DNA of 53,102 nucleotides from the IMG/VR virus record IMGVR_UViG_3300032330_001391, positions 1 through 53,102 of that record. One strand, given 5' to 3'. The position numbers and the translations under genes are program-made. The notes under the pieces are model-generated. The model saw only the letters and a program-made list of their open reading frames with translations. It made no database searches and was not told the origin of the DNA. Below, one piece after another: positions 38,972 to 48,680 of the stretch; position 1 is the stretch's first letter; each line of letters begins with the position of its first letter. The DNA is from a virus (taxonomy: Duplodnaviria; Heunggongvirae; Uroviricota; Caudoviricetes).

Positions 38972-39673
38972 TTATTTTGTTTTGCCCCATTTTTTGCCTT
39001 TACCTTTTGTTTTACATTGGGCTGGTGTAGGGCGACATGATGGATATTTAGAGCGTTTTTCTCCTGCTTTTCTTCCACATGCCTTACATTTAGGTTTACC
39101 TCCTTCATTATGACATGTATTACAATCAACCCATCCACCTTCTTTACCTGATGGGCCTTGACGTTTAAACCATTTATGAAGTGATTCGTCTTCTTTTAAA
39201 TCTTTCCAAATTTTACCTTGGCGACATCTAACAATAGCACCTGATTTGTAAGCCGAGGGTTTATCATATCTTTTATCAGCAATACGTTTACAGCGATCTT
39301 CTTTTTCTTGTAATACTTCCTTAATTAATTTTTGTATTATACTTTCATTAACTATAATAGGATTAGAAACATATTTAGCACCTCTAACATCAGGTAATTT
39401 TTTAATATCTGATAATATTTTATCATATGATTTACTATCAAATGGATTAAAAGGTGATGGATCTATTTTAAGACTAAGCTTAACAAAGTGTCTACCTTGT
39501 TCTGTATTATAATCTGAAGCTATAGTATCAACTATAGTCACTCCAGGAACGGCACGTATATCAGATATTACATCCGCTATTGGTCTATTTCCAGCTGTAA
39601 TAGCTACATTACAATTAATTTGATAGACATTTGGATTATATGATTCGTTTATTAAATCAGTAATTTTAATCAT
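38972..39673 (-). CDS. Multi-module protein (MIKITDLINE leader; basic Cys-containing modules)
   Basis: INE/VLQE/LKE boundaries; PSAYKSGAIVRCR and SLHKWF..GGWVDC..YPSCRPT segments. Confidence 0.6.
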   Translation of the reverse strand: MIKITDLINESYNPNVYQINCNVAITAGNRPIADVISDIRAVPGVTIVDTIASDYNTEQGRHFVKLSLKIDPSPFNPFDSKSYDKILSDIKKLPDVRGAKYVSNPIIVNESIIQKLIKEVLQEKEDRCKRIADKRYDKPSAYKSGAIVRCRQGKIWKDLKEDESLHKWFKRQGPSGKEGGWVDCNTCHNEGGKPKCKACGRKAGEKRSKYPSCRPTPAQCKTKGKGKKWGKTK

Positions 39674-39684
39674 GGTTATAAATA

Positions 39685-40341
39685 TTACCAGTATCCACTA
39701 AAATTTGAACCTCCACCTAATGATTTCCAGTATCTACCTATATTACATGACCAGTATCCAGGTTTTGTACGGTCTTTTTTCTTGTCACACTGCTGTCTAG
39801 AGGCAAATGCTTTACGTGCTTTTGGGTCTCGTATTTTAACGGCTAAATTTTGTCCACCACCGGCGGCACCAAAGGATACCTTTTTTACTTTTTTGGTTTT
39901 AGGATCACGAACATAAACATAAAATTTTTTAGACCCACCACGTTTAGGTTTATTTAATTGTACTTTTTTACCTTGATATTCTGATTCATTTAATGGTAAA
40001 TCTAAAGGTACTTTTTGTCCTTCATATATTCCATATTCGCCTAAATTAGTTTCAACAATGATTTTTTTATCTTCACCAGATAAATGTATAGCATCGCGTG
40101 AGTATAAATAGCGTGCTTCAGCCCATAGATCTAAAAATGCGTCTGAACCGTATCTAAATGTGTTTTCTGTTAATGGCTTTTTATTACTGATGTGGTATTG
40201 CATATTTTCAGTCATAATTATTTTAGCGCCTAAACTTTCGTTTAACATAGGAGCTTTAGCACACTTATCATGACACCCACACCCACAATCATAGGCATGT
40301 TTAGCTAATACTTCTTTAATTAATTTACGTAGATTATTCAT
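39685..40341 (-). CDS. Two-module protein (NLRKLIKE leader; basic KVKKVSFG...GYWSC module)
   Basis: LNES boundaries; ORF translation. Confidence 0.6.
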   Translation of the reverse strand: MNNLRKLIKEVLAKHAYDCGCGCHDKCAKAPMLNESLGAKIIMTENMQYHISNKKPLTENTFRYGSDAFLDLWAEARYLYSRDAIHLSGEDKKIIVETNLGEYGIYEGQKVPLDLPLNESEYQGKKVQLNKPKRGGSKKFYVYVRDPKTKKVKKVSFGAAGGGQNLAVKIRDPKARKAFASRQQCDKKKDRTKPGYWSCNIGRYWKSLGGGSNFSGYW

Positions 40342-40352
40342 GATAATAAATA

Positions 40353-40688
40353 TTATGTTACTTTAAATTCTTTATCACCTATTTTTAGATCAGTAATAGT
40401 GTCTACACTTATCATTCTATAACCGTTACCTGTTTTTTTATGGGCATTTGGGTCCCATACTGGAATTAAATTTTTTGCTTCTGGGTCGTATGGTAATTCA
40501 CCCCCTCTTAGGTATTGTTTAACTCCTAAACGAGCATTCATAACTCGTTTTGTATTGTCTTTTTTAATAAAAGTAACTGTGAAAAATTTACCTTTTGTAG
40601 CTTTAATCAGTCTTTTAGCCTCTCTTGAATTTATAGTTGTTACAGGAGGTTTTACATTTTTATCGTCTTCTAAAAGTATCATTTTCAT
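40353..40688 (-). CDS. WYL_2/SH3-like beta-barrel protein
   Basis: FFTVTFIKKD..RVMNARLGV and YRMISVDTI pattern. Confidence 0.45.
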   Translation of the reverse strand: MKMILLEDDKNVKPPVTTINSREAKRLIKATKGKFFTVTFIKKDNTKRVMNARLGVKQYLRGGELPYDPEAKNLIPVWDPNAHKKTGNGYRMISVDTITDLKIGDKEFKVT

Positions 40689-40699
40689 AATTTTTTTAC

Positions 40700-40731
40700 T
40701 AAATATATTAAAAATATTTTAAAAAACCAAA
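40700..40731 (-). promoter_or_regulatory. Bacteroidota-type promoter
   Basis: TTTG-N20-TATATTTA. Confidence 0.65.
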
Positions 40732-40734
40732 TTT

Positions 40735-41496
40735 TTATGGAGACACATTAGCGTAATTTTTTTCATAAATTGTACTAGAAATAGTATGATATTTATGACA
40801 ATCACTACATTGTAATTGAATTCGTGGTGTACCTAAAGCTGAGTATCGTTTTTTAGAGAACTTCATATTTTCTGATCCGCATTCAGGACATGAATGTTTT
40901 TCACCACCATTTAAAACACCATGATGTATTTTAGCTGGGATATATGTGGACATTTCATTATATACTTTTTCTAATAATTCAACATCATTTTTACAATATT
41001 CTATCATATATTCTAAGGATTCTTTATCCTTATCTAATACTACTTTTTTCCATAGATCATACCCAGTGTGTGTTTTTTGTCCTATACCTAAAAATTTAGC
41101 GATATAATCTAATTTATTACTATTAAATTTAAATTTAGAACGAGCGCTTTTTAATGTATCTAATGTTGTATAATTAGGAAATACAGGAATACGATGATAT
41201 AAGCATCTTGTTCTAATCCAAGGCAAATCAAATCTGTCACCATTATGACCTATCAATTCATCCGCTTCATTAGCAACAAGAATAAAGTTTTCTAATAATT
41301 TTTTATCATCTTGATTATTATCCCATTGTAATGAATATATTTTATCTTCACCCGCCCATTTATAACATATACAAATAATAGCGCGTTCTTTAATTATATT
41401 ATCGTGACTTATATTTAATCTATAACCTGCAGTCCAAAACAGTCCAATATTTGGACTTGTTTCGATATCAAAGAATAATCTTTTAATTTTTTTCAT
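40735..41496 (-). CDS. RNase H-like 3'-5' exonuclease (DEDD) with C-terminal Zn ribbon
   Basis: FFDIETS, HNGDRFD, YCKNDV (ExoI-III) and CPECG..CSDC motifs. Confidence 0.8.
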   Translation of the reverse strand: MKKIKRLFFDIETSPNIGLFWTAGYRLNISHDNIIKERAIICICYKWAGEDKIYSLQWDNNQDDKKLLENFILVANEADELIGHNGDRFDLPWIRTRCLYHRIPVFPNYTTLDTLKSARSKFKFNSNKLDYIAKFLGIGQKTHTGYDLWKKVVLDKDKESLEYMIEYCKNDVELLEKVYNEMSTYIPAKIHHGVLNGGEKHSCPECGSENMKFSKKRYSALGTPRIQLQCSDCHKYHTISSTIYEKNYANVSP

Positions 41497-41516
41497 AATA
41501 GAATTTTATTTAAATA

Positions 41517-41548
41517 ACAATATAAGCATAGGTTTAAAAATAACCAAA
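41517..41548 (-). promoter_or_regulatory. Bacteroidota-type promoter (variant)
   Basis: TTTG-N20-TATATTGT. Confidence 0.5.
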
Positions 41549-41549
41549 C

Positions 41550-42842
41550 TTATCTTTTACCTCTAAATTTATTGAAAAAATCAATTATGTCTTGTGGTGT
41601 GGTTTTTTCATTAATAACTAATTCCTCTTCTTTAGCTGTTTCCTTTCCAGGTATACCTGTAGCAAAGGTATTACCATAGAGTTTAATATTAGCTGCTTTA
41701 TTTACTTCCCAATATTGGCCTCCTTTAAAATTAACATAGTTTATCTTACTTACTCTATTTTTTAATTCTTTATTTTTTTGTATAGCGATATCACTTATAA
41801 ATAATTTTTCTCCATTAGAATTATGAATAGCATATTCTTTAGGCACAGGGATAATTTTTATTTTATATCCACTACCTGAATGACCTATTTGGCCTACTTT
41901 ACCTACATAATCAGGATCGTCAGAAGCTAGTTCTTTAGCGTATTTTTGTAATTCACTTTTATCAGAATCATTCATTAATAATTCTACTTTAAAATCTGGA
42001 TTGTTGCGTATACTTTTAAGTAATGCTCTATCTGACGCTGTTCCTAATACTGATTTAGCTTGAGATATAAGTTGTTGTTTTAATGCTTCCGCAGTTCTTA
42101 TAGTGTATGGAAGTATTCTGTATGCTGTTCCACCATCTGTTGTTATTTTAAATAAGTAAAATTGATTTTTTACATCACTAGGTACTGGTTCTTTTCCACC
42201 TCTTGGTGTACCTTTTTTCTTATAAAATGATGGTCTATCTTCAGGGCGATCATATATTTTTTTTCTACCCATCTCATCTATAGACTCAACCTCATTCTCA
42301 ATATCTTCATTTTTATCTATAGTAAAAGAATCTGTAACTTTACCATTAGTTAAAATTAAATTTATATCATCACCCTCTTGTCTTTTATTTATTACTTTTA
42401 CTTTTTCTCCTTTTTTAAACTTACCTAAATTACCCCCTAATATAAAAGTATCTCCAGTTTTAATAAACATGACTTTATCTTCTTTTACAAGTTTAGCTTG
42501 TAATTCATCAGGTAATTTAGTTTGTTTTCCTTTTAATTTAGGATTATCATCATACTTACGAGTAAATGTGGTTTCTGATTTTATTTTTGATGGAGATGTA
42601 AGAATTTTAATATCATCTATATCTAAACCTTGTTTTGGATTTTTATCTGTACCAAAAACAACACCTGCAGCATTTAACCATTTATCAGTTATTTTAAGTT
42701 CATCACCTACTTTGATATCTTCATATCCTCGAGGTAATGACTTACCTTGAAATTCTTGTGGATTTATATTTGTTACTTTAATAGTAGTACCAACTTTTGG
42801 TTCTTTTAAATTTTCTATTAATAGTTTAACTAATTGGATCAT
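41550..42842 (-). CDS. Multi-module protein (MIQLVKLLIE leader)
   Basis: IKSE/LVKE/SIDE boundaries; small beta modules; possible degenerate GIY-YIG segment. Confidence 0.6.
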   Translation of the reverse strand: MIQLVKLLIENLKEPKVGTTIKVTNINPQEFQGKSLPRGYEDIKVGDELKITDKWLNAAGVVFGTDKNPKQGLDIDDIKILTSPSKIKSETTFTRKYDDNPKLKGKQTKLPDELQAKLVKEDKVMFIKTGDTFILGGNLGKFKKGEKVKVINKRQEGDDINLILTNGKVTDSFTIDKNEDIENEVESIDEMGRKKIYDRPEDRPSFYKKKGTPRGGKEPVPSDVKNQFYLFKITTDGGTAYRILPYTIRTAEALKQQLISQAKSVLGTASDRALLKSIRNNPDFKVELLMNDSDKSELQKYAKELASDDPDYVGKVGQIGHSGSGYKIKIIPVPKEYAIHNSNGEKLFISDIAIQKNKELKNRVSKINYVNFKGGQYWEVNKAANIKLYGNTFATGIPGKETAKEEELVINEKTTPQDIIDFFNKFRGKR

Positions 42843-43459
42843 GGTTTTTTAATTTTAAAATTTTTTACTATATTGTATTTTATAGATGGGTTTACTTTAA
42901 GTAATTCTAAAAGTTCAATATAACTACTTAACATTGGAGGTTCTTCTTCTACAATATCATCATCTGGTATATGATTAATTATATCAGATATGTTCATTAT
43001 ATCTAAATTTATTAATGATGGTGATATATCAACTCCATTAGGCAATAATTTTAAATTTATTCTCTCTTCAGATTCGTCTGTAAATAAGTGTCTACCATAT
43101 CCTGCTTTAATATCGGCATACGGTTCTATTCTATATCGTTCTGATAGCATATCTCCATCAATTTTAATTCTAACATTTTGACTTATAGAATTTGATTTCA
43201 TATACTTGTTTCTAGTAAATGAAAGATATGATGATTGTTTACTTCCTATCACAGGATTCATAATTAAGCCATCATTTATTATATCAATCATACTTCTATA
43301 AGAAGTGAAATGATATAATATCCCTACTTGTTTAGCTTCACCTAATATTTCTTGAATTATATTATTTAATAAGGTAACATCATGATTATCATTCATGTCA
43401 GGATAACCTTTAGGAAATTTATAAGCAAACTTTTTAAAGAATTTATCAAATATATCCAT
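42839..43459 (-). CDS. Leader plus putative ADP-ribosyltransferase-fold domain
   Basis: After ILGE: LYHFTS, YLSFTRN and DESEERI. Confidence 0.45.
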   Translation of the reverse strand: MDIFDKFFKKFAYKFPKGYPDMNDNHDVTLLNNIIQEILGEAKQVGILYHFTSYRSMIDIINDGLIMNPVIGSKQSSYLSFTRNKYMKSNSISQNVRIKIDGDMLSERYRIEPYADIKAGYGRHLFTDESEERINLKLLPNGVDISPSLINLDIMNISDIINHIPDDDIVEEEPPMLSSYIELLELLKVNPSIKYNIVKNFKIKKP

Positions 43460-44154
43460 TATTTAGTTTTTATATTTCTTATACTAGTGAATATATTATT
43501 TAATAATACTGTATCATCAGATTTAATTAATCCTATCATAATATCTGCTAGTATTTTATTAGCAGCTGGATTTAGGACTTTATTTTGTTTGACTAATGAT
43601 ATTGTAGTGTTAATCTTTGTTGGTTCTATGCTAGGTATTTCTAATTTTTTAAGATATGAAACTAGGGCTGATATGTTGCCTTCTATTTCTTCTTCATTAA
43701 GGACATTAATGATTTCTTCTTTAACAAGTTTACGTAATTGTTGCATTTTATTTTCTTTTATTCCAGTTACTGTCCTATCTTGATAATTATTTTTTAAATA
43801 ATCTACTAGTTTTTGGTTCATATTAAAATCTTGTTCTAATGGTTTATTATCAGACTCTCCTTCTATAGTTTTAGATATTACTCGCATAAATCCATTTTCA
43901 ATAGTATCATCTATAATTTTAGACATATTATCATCTATATCTAATTTATCTAACCATGTTTTTGTTTTTTTAGTATCTGGTTTAGATATAGCGGCTTTAA
44001 TAAAATCATATGTAGTTTTAGCTGTACTCAGACCTGGTATAAAATCAGATATAGTATCTGCCGCTAATCCAGCTATTTTTTCTCCTTTTTGTTTAAGAGA
44101 TATAGATTTTATAGCTTTTTTTAAATCACCATATGTTTTTAACTCATTAGCCAT
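43459..44154 (-). CDS. Hypothetical two-module protein
   Basis: Internal IKENKMQQLRKLVKEEI..VLNE. Confidence 0.6.
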   Translation of the reverse strand: MANELKTYGDLKKAIKSISLKQKGEKIAGLAADTISDFIPGLSTAKTTYDFIKAAISKPDTKKTKTWLDKLDIDDNMSKIIDDTIENGFMRVISKTIEGESDNKPLEQDFNMNQKLVDYLKNNYQDRTVTGIKENKMQQLRKLVKEEIINVLNEEEIEGNISALVSYLKKLEIPSIEPTKINTTISLVKQNKVLNPAANKILADIMIGLIKSDDTVLLNNIFTSIRNIKTK

Positions 44155-44166
44155 TTACTATTATTT

Positions 44167-44748
44167 TTAAGCCTCAGCAGGTACTTCTTCTGATTTCTCT
44201 ACTGCGGGAGCTTCTGCTGGTGTTTCTTCTGCTGGTGTGGAAGATGTAGGAGGTCTTCCAGGAGACGATGCTTCACCTGGTGTTTCAGGGAATTCAAATG
44301 ATTCTTCTGGTGGTGTTTCTACAGCTGTTTCACCATAGTATAACATATGAGCTAATGTTTGACAAGCAAATTCTTCTTCACCTATATTAAGTAAATAGTA
44401 TTTTTTACCTTCAATTTGAGCTATCCAACTTTTTGGAGTATATATTAAATAAAATAATTCATCATTAGCTAATATAACCCTAAATGTTAAAGGTTTAGGA
44501 GCTACCCACTGTATATCTTTTACAAAAGGCCCGTAATTAGGTGTAAGTAATGTCTCTATAACTTCTTTAAGAGGTGGGAACTTAGACACTATTGGAAATT
44601 TTTCAGATGGAACAGACATCTCATCTGAGTCATCTGTATTATCTGTAGAATCTATAAAATTATCAGTATCAATAGAGTCATTAGAAGCAGGTTTATATAC
44701 CTGCTTAACTAATGCTTTTACTTTTTCTCTAAGTTCGTCTTTAGTCAT
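44167..44748 (-). CDS. Hypothetical protein with Pro/Glu-rich tail
   Basis: ORF translation. Confidence 0.6.
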   Translation of the reverse strand: MTKDELREKVKALVKQVYKPASNDSIDTDNFIDSTDNTDDSDEMSVPSEKFPIVSKFPPLKEVIETLLTPNYGPFVKDIQWVAPKPLTFRVILANDELFYLIYTPKSWIAQIEGKKYYLLNIGEEEFACQTLAHMLYYGETAVETPPEESFEFPETPGEASSPGRPPTSSTPAEETPAEAPAVEKSEEVPAEA

Positions 44749-45278
44749 TATTCACCCTTTAATTTGCGCATGATTGTTTCAGCCATTCTTGCTTTTTGTT
44801 TCGCTGTTGGACCTTTACCACCACCTTTTGCTTTATATGACGCTACAGCTCCTGCTATTTTAGTTGCTGCTTTTTTTGATTTACCTTGTTTTTTAAGTTT
44901 CCCAACAAGTTGTTTAAACGATTCATCTATTGTATCTGTTTTTTCAGCCCAGTATCCTTTAGGTAAACCTTCTTCTATATCATCATCATTTGAAATACCT
45001 CCAACTATATCATTATAATCAGCCATAGTAAGTATTCTATCTTCAGCACTTAAAGTTGTAGCCATTTCTGTCACATCATGTAAATCCATGTCTGTTTCAG
45101 CGTCTTCTTTAGCATATTCTAACATACGTAAAAATAAAGGAACATCCATTACTATAACATCTGTTGGATTTGGTTCTTGTCTTTTACGTGAAGAAATAAA
45201 CGACTCTGAGTCTATTTCATCTTGTTTAGGTACGGCTAGAGCCATTCTAACCATTTCTTTAATTCTAACTTTGTTCAT
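44748..45278 (-). CDS. Hypothetical multi-module protein (DVPLFLRMLEYAKED module plus basic tail)
   Basis: ORF translation; IEE/IDE boundaries. Confidence 0.6.
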   Translation of the reverse strand: MNKVRIKEMVRMALAVPKQDEIDSESFISSRKRQEPNPTDVIVMDVPLFLRMLEYAKEDAETDMDLHDVTEMATTLSAEDRILTMADYNDIVGGISNDDDIEEGLPKGYWAEKTDTIDESFKQLVGKLKKQGKSKKAATKIAGAVASYKAKGGGKGPTAKQKARMAETIMRKLKGE

Positions 45279-45280
45279 GA

Positions 45281-45781
45281 TTAGGCGTTTGGATTTATAT
45301 CAGGTTCAGCTACATGCTGACGAGTGAAGAAAGTAATTGTATTGCCAATTTGATGAAGTAATTTATCATCTTTTAATTTTTCAGCAGCGTCTTGTAATTG
45401 ATCAAGTAAATCTAATATACGTTCTACTTCAGGATCGTCTCCACCACCAGTTTCCATACTTGGTTCTTCCATATCTGGTTCTTCTATGTCAATATCTTCT
45501 ATATCAATGTCTTCATCGTCATCTTTAGATTTCTTTTTAGCTTCATCTACTGGGTCATAGTATGAATCTTCTACAGCAGCACCGTCCATTTCTGCTAATA
45601 CCATTTCACGTATCTTTTTACGTAATTTAGATTTAGCCATTTTTTCACCAGCTTTTTTACCTTTTTCATACTCATAAGCTCCTAAACCTTCATTGAGATT
45701 TTTACGCTCACCAAATGTATTAATCTTTAGTTCACTATCAATGCCAGCTAATTTTAGCATTCTTTGAAATTCATTGTTCAT
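45281..45781 (-). CDS. Acidic protein with MNNEFQRMLKLAGI leader
   Basis: ORF translation. Confidence 0.6.
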   Translation of the reverse strand: MNNEFQRMLKLAGIDSELKINTFGERKNLNEGLGAYEYEKGKKAGEKMAKSKLRKKIREMVLAEMDGAAVEDSYYDPVDEAKKKSKDDDEDIDIEDIDIEEPDMEEPSMETGGGDDPEVERILDLLDQLQDAAEKLKDDKLLHQIGNTITFFTRQHVAEPDINPNA

Positions 45782-45827
45782 TTTTATTGTATTTATTTAT
45801 TATAAATATGTTAATATTTTAAAGACT

Positions 45828-46457
45828 TCATCTTTTTTTATTGTTCAGATAATTTGTAAGTAATGTACCAATAACACCTACTTTTTGACGAATATATATC
45901 CAATTTTCTTTAGTCATTTTATATTCTTCATCAGTAAATGATATACCCATAATTCCTATTAAATGATTATCTAAACTATATAATCCAACAATATAAAGCG
46001 ATTTAGTATAATATTCTATAGAAAATGTTTCTAAATCATATGTTTCATCATCGTTATCAAAACTTAATATAGATAATTCACCATCTTTGTATATTTTACC
46101 TAATGCTTTAGGGAATAAAGATACTGGTATATTTTGAAAAGTATGTTGAGTTGATACTGTATTAGGTGTTACCTTTTCATAAAAAAATGAAAATTTCTGT
46201 ATAGACTTACCGGTTGGGTAAAAATGACCACCATTATGAAATTGAGCTATCCATACTCTATTACAAGATAACTCATCCATTATATTATCTAATTGGATAT
46301 CTACTAATTCATTTAATTCAACTGCTTCCTGTATTGGTGTTTTTTCAGGCTTAGATGTTAATTTATTCCGTATCCATTCAACTAACGTTGGACCTAAAAC
46401 GGCTGTTATAAGAGCTATAATAATAGGAGTTAAATATTCCATACTTATGTGTTGCAT
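45828..46457 (-). CDS. Membrane-anchored protein with a GAF-like domain
   Basis: N-terminal hydrophobic IIIALITAVLGP; RVWIAQFHNGG..FYE and LIGIMGISF pattern. Confidence 0.45.
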   Translation of the reverse strand: MQHISMEYLTPIIIALITAVLGPTLVEWIRNKLTSKPEKTPIQEAVELNELVDIQLDNIMDELSCNRVWIAQFHNGGHFYPTGKSIQKFSFFYEKVTPNTVSTQHTFQNIPVSLFPKALGKIYKDGELSILSFDNDDETYDLETFSIEYYTKSLYIVGLYSLDNHLIGIMGISFTDEEYKMTKENWIYIRQKVGVIGTLLTNYLNNKKR

Positions 46458-47023
46458 TATTTTTTTAAACTTTGTAAATATTTAATTGCTTCTTCACGAT
46501 TTTGTAATAACACTTTTTTACCTTTACCAATCCAACTCTCTACATCACCTGCTTCTGTAACAAAAGATTCACTTTCATTTATAGTTTCATCACTCCAAAT
46601 CATAAACTCTTGTATGAGAGAATCTATATCTGAATTAATAATATTTTTTTCATATTCTTCCCATAACCCTTGTTTTTTAATTTCTGATTCAAAGTCTACT
46701 TGACAATTAAAACAACGTTTATACATTATCCAAAAACGTTTATCTAAATGAGGCTTCATTAGATTATTACATTCTGAACAGAATAAAGGCATATGGAGTT
46801 CTTGTTTGGCTTTATCTAATTTAGTTAGATTTTGTTTTATGCCATTTTTAATAATCCATTTACGACCATTTTCTTCCCATATATCTCCTTCACTATGGAA
46901 TTCTTCTTTTTTAGAATAACCTATTCCTATAACTGTTTTATCATTTTGTTTACCAGTTATTAAATTACGTAAACGTTGAACATCACGCTGTTGGAATTCT
47001 TTTTTTAAAACTGTGTCTTTCAT
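46457..47023 (-). CDS. Hypothetical protein with a CxxC..CxxC Zn site
   Basis: CSEC and CFNC. Confidence 0.6.
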   Translation of the reverse strand: MKDTVLKKEFQQRDVQRLRNLITGKQNDKTVIGIGYSKKEEFHSEGDIWEENGRKWIIKNGIKQNLTKLDKAKQELHMPLFCSECNNLMKPHLDKRFWIMYKRCFNCQVDFESEIKKQGLWEEYEKNIINSDIDSLIQEFMIWSDETINESESFVTEAGDVESWIGKGKKVLLQNREEAIKYLQSLKK

Positions 47024-47025
47024 AC

Positions 47026-47439
47026 TTATTTAATGAATATCCCTAATATAAGGGCTGTTACTATAACCATACTTGATATACCTGTCATTTTAAGATTACG
47101 TTTTAATTGTTTATTTTCTTTATTCACAATCTTAAAATTCTGTTCATATATTTTTTCTTTTTCTTTATACATGTTTATCTGCTTATCATATAATTGTATT
47201 TTACCTACAAAATTATTAATAAGTGTATCTTTCATGTATGATGAATGTTCAGTTTCCATAAGGACATTTTGTGTTGCTTCTAATTCTTCTCTACATTCAT
47301 CCCCATATGTTAAATCTAATACTATTTGTCTAGCTACTGGGGTAGGGATACGGACGTAATTAGTATCCGTAACGGTTTGAGAAAAAGCTGTCAAGCTGAG
47401 TATTATCATACTTAACAACAATAGGATGTATTTTGGCAT
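47026..47439 (-). CDS. Envelope protein: signal peptide, coiled coil, C-terminal hydrophobic helix
   Basis: MPKYILLLLSMIILSLTAFSQ and ISSMVIVTALILGIFIK. Confidence 0.5.
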   Translation of the reverse strand: MPKYILLLLSMIILSLTAFSQTVTDTNYVRIPTPVARQIVLDLTYGDECREELEATQNVLMETEHSSYMKDTLINNFVGKIQLYDKQINMYKEKEKIYEQNFKIVNKENKQLKRNLKMTGISSMVIVTALILGIFIK

Positions 47440-47707
47440 ATTTTTCTTGAATTTTAATTATTTTAATTTTATCTTTTTCTATAATTTTATCTAAATAGAC
47501 AATACTGTCTTTATACATAACAATATTACTATCTTTCAATTTATGAAGTGAATCTATTTTTTGTATTTCTTGTTTTAAACTATCTATAGATTTAAAATTT
47601 TGTTTTAACTTATCATGTTCTCCTTGAACTATATTATAAATAAAATATGTTCCTACTAGAAGACATAACACTATAACTATGTTAGTATAATTAAATTTTT
47701 TTCTCAT
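47360..47707 (-). CDS. Single-pass membrane coiled-coil protein (spanin-like architecture)
   Basis: IVIVLCLLVGTYFIYNIV then coiled coil; probable start MRKKF; overlaps the next gene. Confidence 0.45.
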   Translation of the reverse strand: MRKKFNYTNIVIVLCLLVGTYFIYNIVQGEHDKLKQNFKSIDSLKQEIQKIDSLHKLKDSNIVMYKDSIVYLDKIIEKDKIKIIKIQEKYAKIHPIVVKYDNTQLDSFFSNRYGY

Positions 47708-47708
47708 T

Positions 47709-48230
47709 TTATATAAATTTTTTATGTAGTACTTCTTTAATGAACTTTTTAATTTTATTTTCGTCAAGTTCTTCTACGTATTCCATATGATATATTATAT
47801 CAGCGTTAGTCATAACAGTATCTATAATTTTTTCAACAACTTTTTTATTTGGATTATTTTTTGAAGGAAATACTAAAGTATCCCCTACTACCTTCCATTT
47901 TAGTAAATTTGGTTTAGCATTTAATGTTTTTATAAAATCATCCATAGCTGCTCTAGTTTTAGCAGGAAATGGTTCTCCTCTTTCTCTTTCTAGTCTTCTT
48001 TTAGTAGCAGGACTGTTAGGACCAAAATGATCAATCATTGCTTTTTCTATATCACCTTTAGCGTTTCTAATATTAGTAGCATATAAACCATAATTTTTTA
48101 TATCTTCTAAAGCAGCAATAGCATCTTCTACAGTAACAGTTAATGGTTCTACTGATATGTCCCATTTTATGCTTTCATTACCAAGTGGTTCTTCTTCATT
48201 TTCTTTTATTAGCCTATAATATTTACTCAT
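47709..48230 (-). CDS. Hypothetical protein
   Basis: ORF; LIKE near the start and KIKKFIKEVL at the end. Confidence 0.6.
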   Translation of the reverse strand: MSKYYRLIKENEEEPLGNESIKWDISVEPLTVTVEDAIAALEDIKNYGLYATNIRNAKGDIEKAMIDHFGPNSPATKRRLERERGEPFPAKTRAAMDDFIKTLNAKPNLLKWKVVGDTLVFPSKNNPNKKVVEKIIDTVMTNADIIYHMEYVEELDENKIKKFIKEVLHKKFI

Positions 48231-48232
48231 TA

Positions 48233-48658
48233 TTATTTATTTTTTATATTATCTTCCCAATTACGTAACATCATATTTCCTTTGTCATATGCTTCTCTTT
48301 CTAAATCAGGCAAATCACCATCTTCATTAGTATTGGTAGTATTTACATTATTTAATCTATTTTCTAAATTTTGCATATGATGTACCATTTCATGTGAGTA
48401 TGAACGTAAAATATCTTTAGGATGTCTACCTAAAGAATACAGTGTTATACTTTTATTACTAGGATCATAATGAGCAGTACGTCCTAATAATTTATTAGCA
48501 TTTTCTGTATCATTACTTATGACTTTTAATTTAGGTAATGGTGATATGTTCATACCATTATCTAACATGTATTTAGTTAAAGATACTATACCGTTTTGAA
48601 GTTCTCCATCTTTTTTTTGGCAGTCGCATTCTTTTAATAGTTTAACTAAAGATATCAT
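48233..48658 (-). CDS. Zincin-like metallopeptidase with MISLVKLLKE leader
   Basis: YSHEMVHHMQ (HExxH) and downstream EREAY. Confidence 0.7.
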   Translation of the reverse strand: MISLVKLLKECDCQKKDGELQNGIVSLTKYMLDNGMNISPLPKLKVISNDTENANKLLGRTAHYDPSNKSITLYSLGRHPKDILRSYSHEMVHHMQNLENRLNNVNTTNTNEDGDLPDLEREAYDKGNMMLRNWEDNIKNK

Positions 48659-48680
48659 TAACGTTTTTGTTATAAATATG

